From Eledone cirrhosa (Eukaryota): DNA of 64,000 nt. The stretch's first letter is position 1; each line of letters opens with the position of its first letter. The stretch is from contig OZ024740.1 in the NCBI GenBank assembly GCA_964016885.1, forward strand, positions 190,154,001-190,218,000. The letters run 5' to 3'. The position numbers and the translations under genes were made by a program. Below are positions 53,718 through 64,000 of the stretch, in pieces. The notes under the pieces are model-generated. The model was not told the DNA's origin. It ran no database searches and saw nothing but the letters and a program-made list of their open reading frames with translations.

Positions 53718-56324
53718 GGAGACCTTCGTAGTAAATCGTATCATCGGGAGCTCCGAAAATGTTTGTTATTTTCAGTTGTTCAAAATTGCTATTCATGGAA
53801 AACTTTATTGTTAACTGTATATAAGTGCACATACATTGTTATCTGAAAAGGACACCCAAAAAGATTGGGGCCTTGAGCCCAAAATTTAAACTTTAATAAT
53901 TATGAAACAAAAAAAAATGTTCTTTGAAAAATCATGTCCTTTCTCACAAACTAACACCTCATACCGACACCACCATTATAAATATTACTACGTTTGCCAA
54001 AACTAAAAATATAAGCAGTAGCAATATTTTAAATTTGTCTCAGGGAGACATTCATTTCCCGCCATCGTACATATGCCAGACTTGTTCGGAGGCCTCTTGG
54101 CGGACGTCTACTGCAACTGGCAACAGAACGGGAGAATTTCCCAGCTGTGAGAGCCGCGTAGCGGTGCCGCTGCTGAGAAAGGATCCGAAAAAGAGGGATA
54201 ACATAGATAATTTTAGGCCCATAACTCTGCTAAACACAGAGTTCAAGATTTTGGCCAAGGTGCTAGCAAAGAGGTTGGCGCTTATCGTTGGTGGTCTGGT
54301 GGGAGAGGCGCAGACATGCGCCATTCCCGACAGATCCATCCACGACAACCTCCACCTCATGCGATACATCGTAGAGAGGGTAGCTAGGGAACCTGACACG
54401 GGTGGGTCTTTGATCAATTTAGATCAGTCGAAAGCTTTCGATAGGTTCGAGCATCGTTACCTAGCGGCAGTCCTGAGGGCGGCTGGCTTTGGGCCCGTCT
54501 TCAGAGGCTGCATCGCTGCCATGCACAGCGACATCTGCTCTGTAGTGAGAGTGAACGGTCACCTTTCGGAACGTTCAACATCATGCGCTCGGTCCGCCAA
54601 GGATGTCCCCTCTCGTCCCTCTTGTACGTATTGACTCCCGAGCCATTACTGCACAAACTGGAGACGTTGAGGGGGGCCCCGCGCGAACTAGGATGCGGAA
54701 GATCCGTGTCAGCATATGCGGACGATGTCACCGTAGTGGTATCGAACGCCAAACACATCGAGGCGATCGGCACTACACTAAGAGAATACGAAGCGGTGAC
54801 AGGAGCAATGATCAACCAGGAAAAGCCAGTGGGCCTGCAGCTCGGCACCTGGAGAGGCAGGTCCATGCCGTCCAACAGCGTCGTCGGGCGCTGGACGGAC
54901 GGACCAGTTAAATTGCTCGGGGTCTGGTTCGGTCCAGAACTCCAGACGAACAAAAACTGGGACTAGGTGACGAGCAGGGTGGCTTCTCTCACCCAGAAAT
55001 GGGCGGAGAGGAAGCTATCCTTGAAAGGTCGAGCGGAGGTGGCTGACGCGTACATCGCGTCCGTCATCTACTACCGCCTGACCGTCGTACCTTGTCCTAA
55101 GCCCCACCTGACTGCGCTGGACCGTTTGCTCTTTCGCTTTTTGTGGAAGGGACGCGCTCCTATGGTCAGGTGGTCCATCTGCTGTCAACACCCGTTACGT
55201 GGAGGGTTGGGCATGCCGTGGATGATGATGCGCAGACACGCGCTCAGGCTACGACATCTCCACCTCTTCCTCGACGGTGATCAGGTGTGGTCGCCGTTTG
55301 CTAGACACGCTTTCCCCAGCTCGTCTCCTTGACGGAGCTGCAGCCCTGGGTCAAGCGAAGACCGAGAGGGAGCACTTGGAGACTGGAATGTCTTCAGGGG
55401 CTCACAGCTCTCGACCAATCGGGCAATGTGATCGGTGGAAACTCCACCTTGGCGTTCTATAGATGATTAGTGGAGGGGAAGAGCGACGACGTACTAGGAG
55501 AAACTCTAGGCATCGAAGAAAATCAACTAGCCAATCTCTTCGGACGGACTATCGGGCCGGCGCCTATGGACAACTTCCAGAAATCCCTGGCCTGGCAGTG
55601 CTACGGGGGAGCTTTGCCAGTTCGGAATAAACTCTACAGGCATGGAGGTGCCGTCAGCCGGGCATGTCCGAGATGCGCGCAGGGAGACGAAACCGTCCTG
55701 CACGCACTCGTCCAGTGTCCGAGCATTGCTGACTTGTGGGTTTATGTCGAACACCTGCTGTCATGTGTAGGACGGATCCAGCTATCAGCTGAGTCCATCG
55801 GGAGGATTGCCCCGCCCTCTTCCTTTACCCGGGAAGGGCAGGCAGTTTTTATCTGTCTGGTGGCCATGGCGAAAGAGATAGTATGGTGGACACGTTTGAA
55901 AGAGCTAAAGACGAGCACTTACCTCTTCGGTGATACCCTGATTAAATTTTTCAAATTTCATTTGAAAAGGAAAATCAAGGTAGAGAGGGAAGTGCTCTCT
56001 TCCCAGCATTTTGTTGAAAGATGGGTGAGAGAAGCAAGTATGGCCCGAGTAAATGGGCCTACTCTGAGTATGTGTCTGTAAATTAAAGGTGGAATACTGG
56101 GAGAGAGCACTTGCTCTGGTGGTCAGGGTCACTGTGGTCTTTTAATGGGCTTTCTACACAAATGTCCCTCGGAAATCTCCCCCCTATCGGGGAATTTTTC
56201 CTTGATATTTTATTACATCCTCTTTTTTTTTTACACGCAGAAATGCCCATTTGTACCGTACTGAATTGTCCTGTACTGTCCTTAATGTCTACTTTATGTA
56301 AACCCCTGTGGTTAATAAAGAAAA

Positions 56325-56326
<2 letters not shown>
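53718..56326 (+). mobile_element. Tx1/L1-clade retrotransposon, copy 3, internally deleted, (TTA)n on both sides
   Basis: 5' end ggagaccttcgtagtaaatcg is homologous to 2720. Jumps at about 54065 from early ORF1 to RT. RT and C-terminal ORFs 53924-56081. 3' end TTAATAAAGAAA is followed by (TTA)n. Confidence 0.92.
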
Positions 56327-56357
<31 letters not shown>

Positions 56358-56774
56358 GTGTATGTATATATGTATATATGTATATATGTATATACATATA
56401 TATATACATGGGTGTGTGTGTATATGTGTGTGTATGTGTGTGTGTATGTGTACATTCTCAGCTGTAATTTTCTTCCGATTGGCTACTAATTGCCGTCGTT
56501 TGAAATTCTTTCGAAGTAACTACTGCTTTGCTGAAAAAAGGAATGTTATTATTCAATGCTTATACGATTTACGAGTGAATATTACTGGGGGGGAATTGAA
56601 AACACAGATATGTGAAACCACCCACGCTAACTGTCCCCTCCTTGATAATTATCTCCGCATCGTGAACAAAGCTGAGGAAAAAAAGCTATGTTGCCTCTTT
56701 TTATATTAACATCTACTTTAGTTGAATGATGTATGTAAGCTCAATTAGTGTCACAGCGTGCGATATGTTCTGTA

Positions 56775-56865
56775 GTAACTTTACTTTTTATGGGTCGATA
56801 AAATAAAGTACCAGTAATGCACTGGGTAATTGCTGGTATTGTGCCTAAAGTAGAAACAATTATTA
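56775..56865 (+). mobile_element. SINE 3' fragment
   Basis: gggtcgataaaataaagtaccagtaatgcactggg...gtgcctaaagtagaaacaattatt. Confidence 0.85.
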
Positions 56866-57569
56866 TAAATATATAGATTTCAGTTCAGGAAAATTATAAG
56901 AATTTGTTAAAACCAAATAGTTTTCCATAATTTTGTAGACCGTCTATAATTAATATTAATTAATGATAGGCTGTCACAATACTGCACGGTTCAATTACTA
57001 GATAAAATTTGAAAGACAAATTAAATATCTAATGTAATCTACTTTGAATCAAGTAAGTGATAAATGCGCCAGATTCTGTTGAGATTCTTCCGTTAAAAAT
57101 CAATATAACATAAATCCCAATAGATAATACCTTTTGTCACACGTTTAATATATATTATGACACGTAACAGAAACTGTACAATACTCTAATAAATTCGTAT
57201 AGTTATAATGCAATGAGCTATTACTTTGAAAGGTAATATGTTTTCTGTATAATTCACTTAAACCTGCCAAATCATTAACATTTCCAGATTTCTATTCGAT
57301 GCCCAGTTAAAACGCTCAACATGTTTAAAAGTAAAAAAACATTTATCTTTGTGTGTTGGTCTTCGTTCACATGTATTGCAATTATCCTATAAAATATTAT
57401 AATACTGTGCTAGAATGATCTCTCAGGCTATATATTTACAAGTGGTCACCACTTGAACGGAAAATACCGAGGCTCCTCAGTAGTCGGAGTGCAATGTTAA
57501 TTATCACCGTACGTCACAGGAAAAACCACACAGGTTTGACTGCTATTGGAATGATTGGCATAATAGAAA

Positions 57570-57700
57570 CTACCAAGATGGGCAAACATATGGGATGTCC
57601 AATTTCAGAGGCAACAGGTGGAATATGAGAGCAACTAATTGGCCACCAAGGCAGTCGAGAAGAACGAGAGCTGGTCAAACGCTAGATTGCACAACGATCT
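57570..57700 (+). mobile_element. Degenerate RTE C-terminal fragment
   Basis: NRWNMRATNWPPRQSRRTR resembles the RTE motif RWT....W.PR..KR.RGRP. Confidence 0.45.
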
Positions 57701-57789
57701 GTGTCTTTGTGTTCTTTTATACTCTCGACAACATTTCTCACAAAGCATTGTTTAGAGTCTCACTTTAACAACAGTTTCTGAAAATTGTT

Positions 57790-58075
57790 TAGCATGCATC
57801 ATGCTTGGGTAACATCATCGTCTCTATATGCGCAGCGTTCATTCCCGGTCAAATGTTATTTTAGGATGTGTAGATATGCTGAAAATGGGTGGAGGAGGAT
57901 AACTCTCTTGGCTTCTTCTCATAAAAGCTGCTATTGGCCTTTTCCGGAGCTGGGGATTGGTTAAAGTCGAACAGACATCTGAAACCACCGGCTGTTGGGT
58001 GCTCGATGTCAAACGTAATGGAATATATTTCCTCCACCTCATCCCTGGTATGAGTTAGCACTAGTACTTTATGTA
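57790..58075 (-). mobile_element. Degenerate Penelope-like RT thumb fragment
   Basis: ITFDIEHPTAGG...LFDF...FYEKKP...SSTHF resembles the region after the DD motif in the 33-37 kb element. Confidence 0.5.
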
Positions 58076-58189
58076 CATATCTCTAGTAGAATGTGATGTG
58101 TCGTCCGTAACGTACTGCCCCCCTTTCCAGGCTATCTGTACTTCCTCTAGGTGCACAGCATATGGCCTCAGCTGGTAATATGCTGGTTT

Positions 58190-59085
58190 ATATAGTATAA
58201 ATCAAGGCTGAATGCTTAATTGTTATTGGGGATTTGTGAAGGAGTTCTATGAGTTGCCGGATATTTCTTGGTGTGCTGGTAAGTGTAGATGAAGACACAT
58301 AGGAGAGGATGCCCTATCATATGCCACGGTGAAACGCTGGGTCAATTAATTCAAATGTGGTAAGTACGGTGACAACGTTGACCCCAGGTCTGGTAGGCTA
58401 TCAACGGTGACCTCACTAGAGAAAATTGACCTTGTCCTTGGGATGAAGATGGAGGATCAATGACTCTCATCCCGATAGATATAAAACATGTGAGGCATCT
58501 CCCAGGAGCGAGCTGAAAGATATTCTGAAGTATGAGCTTGGTTTGAGAAACGTGTCTGCATGCTGTGTCCCACGACCTTTGAGTGAGTAACAGCGCCCGC
58601 GTCGCACCATGTCTACCAGCAATTTCTAACATTTTGAAGCAGATGTATGAGACATGGTTCTATCCCTACCAACTTAAAAACATAGAATCGTCGAAAGAAT
58701 TGATGCATCTATGCTCACCCACCCCAGACAATACTATCACAGCCTGATTAAAACTATGCATGAGAACATCAAGAATAGTTCAGGTTTGTTCGTACACAAT
58801 CTCTTGTTCCATTATGATATTGTTCTAGCCCACACCTTGTTGGTGGCAATGATAAAATCCGTGATTGGGGGGTGCCACTCGTCCCTCATTTATCATACTC
58901 GCCCGCCCACGCAGCTTCCAACATCCATCTGTTCCCTAGAATATGGCCTGACAACACTATGCTACAGATGATAACGTCATAGATGCTGTGAACGCCTGTC
59001 TGGATGAAAAAATTAAGGAGTTCTACTTGAGCGGGTTCTAGGCTGTTTCATCATCAGTGGGACAGGTATGAGAATATGTTAAAAA
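58190..59085 (+). mobile_element. Decayed mariner (DD34D-type) transposase
   Basis: ATVKRWV..FKCG...DPRSGR, GLRNVSACCVPRPL (WVPxxL-like), ETWFY, HLSYSPAHAASNIHLFP (YSPDLAPSDxHLF-like), EFYLSG. Confidence 0.8.
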
Positions 59086-60392
59086 ATAAAATAAGGAAAT
59101 AATTGTATATGTTACTGTTTCTTGGCAACTTCAAACCTTTCAGTTGCACACGGACTGCGTCCTTTCAAATAATTTTACCACAACTACTTAAATAATTGTA
59201 TCAGAAAAAATGTGAATCGAGATTATGACTTTGTTCTGAATATTTTTTCAAATTTGTAATGTCAAAATTGTTGAAATAACGCATTTTAGATAAGAAGAAG
59301 TTGATGATTGTCACAATTTCAATTTAGGAGGAGAAAAATATCCCATAATGTAAATCAATGTTTTTTATAACCCCAACATAACAGCCTGTTGTAGATAAAA
59401 AATAATAATAATATTAAATTCCTCTTGTGTTTCAACATTGCAATACACCACGTTAAAATCAATATATTGCAAAGATTAAAAATGATAAGAAGGGTAAAAT
59501 AGAAGAATTTCATTTGATTAAAAGACGTAATCAATAGAGCTATGTTTAAACCATAACTTCAGAGCTAATATTTCTACAGATAATGAAACTGTAGACACGA
59601 ACATTTATAATATTCTTTTATAAAATAAAATTAAGCTCACAGTTTGACATTTAGGCTGGATATTAGGAGAAATAATAGAAAGTTATGAGATTAAACAGAA
59701 ATATAGATATTTTGATATTTCCTCTGTCAGTTATGCAATGTGTGTAAATAAAACAAATACGTATTTTCAGTTTCTATTTTCACCAAGAGGAAAGATCGGT
59801 GATTTGCAAAAAAATTGTTTCTGGTAAAGATCAGGATATAATATGCGCTGTTCTTCATAAACCTCTCGCACATGTTAATAATACAGCTAACAGTTTTTTT
59901 ATTAAGTAAAATAAATAATGCAAATGAACAAATAAGATGAAACTGTCGTAATATTATAATGGAACTTAAGATATGCATTTCAAAAATATTTGTTTAATGA
60001 AAATGACAAAAACATAAAAAAATAATGGCATGTATCAATATAGACAACGTACATTGCATTTATATAATATAAGAAACAAAAAAAAATATAAGAAATAAAA
60101 AATAAAGATTTAATTTGAATGAATATCCAGTAGATTAATGCCACTAGCAAATCATGTTACAACTATACATTTCTACACTATGCAGATATTTCTAAAGATA
60201 TCTCGAGAAACAGGTTGATGCGACGATAAAGAAATTATGAAATATTTTACTGCCTTATTATACCGCAGACATTTCCACGCACTCTCTCTCTATCTCTCCT
60301 CTCTCTTTATATAAATCGATCGACTTTCGTCAAATCGGAACGAGGAAACAATTTTTCGTCGATCTTTCCAGTTGCTAGTACTATCTATCGAT

Positions 60393-60523
60393 CGCAACTC
60401 CAGGTAGAAGGAGCAACGTGAAATAAAGAGTCTTGCTCAAAGACATAACGTATCGCCCGGTCCGGGATTCGAACTTACAACCTCGAGACTGTGAAATCCA
60501 ATTCTCTAACCACTCAGCCATAC

Positions 60524-60527
<4 letters not shown>
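60393..60527 (-). mobile_element. tRNA-derived SINE head (second SINE family)
   Basis: Reverse complement has A-box TGGCTGAGTGG and B-box GTTCGAATCC, followed by the non-tRNA SINE core gtctttgagcaagactct. Confidence 0.8.
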
Positions 60528-60566
<39 letters not shown>

Positions 60567-60571
60567 TATAC

Positions 60572-60627
<56 letters not shown>

Positions 60628-60639
60628 GTATATACATAA

Positions 60640-60701
<62 letters not shown>

Positions 60702-60708
60702 GTATATA

Positions 60709-60739
<31 letters not shown>

Positions 60740-60785
60740 GTAAATATATATATATGAATATATATATATATGTATATATATATGA

Positions 60786-60818
<33 letters not shown>

Positions 60819-60967
60819 TTGTTATACTTTGGGAGGGTCATGTTGCCAATAAGAAACACACGCACCAGGTGATCACTTCAATTTATTAAAATAAATTTAT
60901 AAATTTAGGAATTTATAAATTTCCGGTTGGTTGGTTGGTTCCACAACCAGATGGTTGTTTATATATT

Positions 60968-61010
60968 GTCAAAGTTCTTTCGTCACACATTATCTGACCT
61001 CTTCAGTGAC
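60968..61010 (-). ncRNA. Minimal type I hammerhead motif
   Basis: Reverse complement: GTCA-CTGAAGA-gGTCAgataatgtgTGAC-GAAA-GAAC-TT-TGAC. Confidence 0.78.
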
Positions 61011-61123
61011 TGGGGGTTCTTTTATTTGTTTTTTGTGCCTCTCCTTTGTTCTGTCCTAAGCCAAACCAAGATGGCGTAGGACAGATCAAAGTGAGGCACA
61101 AAAAACAAAGAAAAGAACCCCCA

Positions 61124-61166
61124 GTCTCTGAAGAGGTCAAATAATGTGTGACGAAAGAACTTTAAC
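61124..61166 (+). ncRNA. Minimal hammerhead motif (stem I decayed)
   Basis: gtct-CTGAAGA-gGTCAaataatgtgTGAC-GAAA-GAAC-TT-taac. Confidence 0.65.
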
Positions 61167-61398
61167 AATATATAAACAACCATATGCTTGTGGAACCAAT
61201 CAACCAACCGGAAATTTATAAATTCCTAAATTTATAAATTTATTATAATAAATTGAAGTGAAAGCATCTGCTGCGTGTGTTCTTATTGGCAACATGACAC
61301 TCCCAAAATATATCAATATCGGTTTCAACACACGTTTTCAGATAAAGAATCTTGCTAAACAAATTCAGAAACGAAATATATATATATATATATATATA

Positions 61399-61497
61399 TG
61401 GAGACGCATGACATGGTAGCGATAATGAGGGACAGAGACCGCTGGAGAGAACTTGTCCATGGATCTCGGGAATTTTACCCGCCTTAGATGGATAGAT
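61399..61497 (+). mobile_element. About 100-bp 3' tip of the RTE family, inserted in (TA)n
   Basis: Reverse complement of 37913-38025. Ends tagatggatagatata. Confidence 0.8.
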
Positions 61498-62759
<1,262 letters not shown>

Positions 62760-63489
62760 TACATATATACATGAAATAGTGTATATATACTATCAAATGA
62801 TTCTATGGACATACTTTATAGTATATTGCTCTGATTATTTAATTTATTTATTCATCATTGAGCCACATTGTGAATGGTTGCCAAAACATATATATCTGTG
62901 ACTTTGTCTAGTTTGTGTATATGTAAATCTTTATATTTAATAATCTCCCATAATGTTGAGATGCAATTTGGGCAATATTGGGCTGCGGTCTCTAGCAAGC
63001 AGCCCACTCGCCGTAAGCAACAATCACATTCTTTTCGACTTGACCACTGCCACGTCAGAATTCTTAGCCATTTTGAATTCGTTTCTGACGGGGAACACTT
63101 AAGAAAAGAATCTTTCCTAACGAGTTTGTTTCGAGATGAGTTCAAAGCTCAAGGTTTTATCCTTAATAGGATATTTCCAAATGCGAACGAAACCCGAGGG
63201 TAGAAACATAATCCTGGTATGTGTATATGCATTTCTTCTAACTTTAATTTTATACCTAATTGTGTATGGTTGACTGTATACTTAATCGATTTCCACGTGC
63301 TGTTGAAATGTTGGGTAAACATTCTATGCCGCGAAGAGATTGCTGTCATTTATGTATCTACTATTTCTTCATAGGTGCCTTTTAATCTTATAGCCTGGTC
63401 GAATTGAATTTGTGTGTGGTAAATTATGCTAATTGTGAGAAGAAATGGTGTATATATATTATCAAATGATTCTATGGATATACTTTATA

Positions 63490-63521
<32 letters not shown>

Positions 63522-63525
<4 letters not shown>

Positions 63526-63800
63526 GTGGAACACTGGAAGGCAATATCCGTAGCGGTAGAGCACTCAGTCAAGGGACGAGTTAGTTAGAATTGGTTACAC
63601 AACAGTTAGTTCACCACACCGAGAACAATTTTTTTCACCTTAGTGGATCTTCAGCTCGGAATGGGCATGGTTATAGGAACAGGAAGGACAACCGTGCGAA
63701 CGCGCATGCGCAGAAACCCGGCTACTTCATACAGGCAATACTAGACTGCGTTCGAGAGGTGTAAGGGAGATAACTGCGAACATCCGAAACGTTTTTAGGT
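63522..63800 (-). mobile_element. Terminal-repeat fragment of the 40574 family abutting (TA)n (right boundary uncertain)
   Basis: agtggtggaacactggaa...gatcttcagc matches 40574-40707 at the same (TA)n junction. Confidence 0.8.
63619..63659 (-). ncRNA. Hammerhead motif (stem III mutated)
   Basis: Reverse complement: CCGAG-CTGAAGA-tCCactaaGGt-GAAA-aaaattg-TT-CTCGG. Confidence 0.6.
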
Positions 63801-64000
63801 TGAAAATAAAATTGCAAAGAATCAGTCCGAAGCCTTGTAATTATGCATTAGTTGTTTGGCGACGTGTGGACAACTTGTGAAAAATTCACTTCTCGTGTTT
63901 AGGCAATCACTATTGCGTAATCTCTTTAGAATAGTTATTCGTTCGTCAATACATAAGCCACACGTCGGATTTCCACGTGCGTATGGCTTGGACTTAGTGA

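Larger units (their letters stand above)
60820..61376. mobile_element. Head-to-head inverted pair of Penelope pseudo-LTR ends in (TA)n (family of 41093-42060)
   Basis: 60820-61045 and 61092-61316 are reverse complements. 61318-61376 is the reverse complement of 41093-41150. Confidence 0.88.

Noticed and set aside
60455-60527. tRNA gene
   Set aside because: A and B boxes are present, but the acceptor stem is poor and the sequence continues into a SINE core, so it is treated as a tRNA-derived SINE.

Overview
Eukaryotic, AT-rich, repeat-saturated genomic DNA with no confidently identifiable host gene. The SINE family and the (TA)n/(TTA)n/(CA)n landscape resemble an octopus (cephalopod) genome; this is an inference. 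The window has two distinct halves. (1) 1-27.7 kb is an almost continuous pile-up of non-LTR retrotransposons joined by (TTA)n tracts. It holds six copies of two R4/Dong-like families (RT plus C-terminal CCHC and restriction-like endonuclease), all on the minus strand, and two Tx1/L1-like copies (ORF1 plus APE-RT) on the plus strand. A third, internally deleted Tx1 copy sits in another (TTA)n tract at 53.7-56.3 kb. (2) 30-64 kb is a (TA)n landscape containing decayed Penelope-like elements (RT plus GIY-YIG), RTE, mariner and SINE relics. It also holds about a dozen fold-back or tandem insertions, most of them short and non-coding, from several families. Many carry type I hammerhead ribozyme motifs with palindromic stem III. 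The best examples are a near-identical 312-bp tandem/inverted array at 43.1-44.6 kb with four hammerheads, which looks like a retrozyme/circRNA-type element, and a canonical hammerhead at 51578-51622. Every orientable fold-back is arranged head-to-head with 3' ends pointing outward, usually into (TA)n. Coordinates were read by eye and may be off by a few bases.
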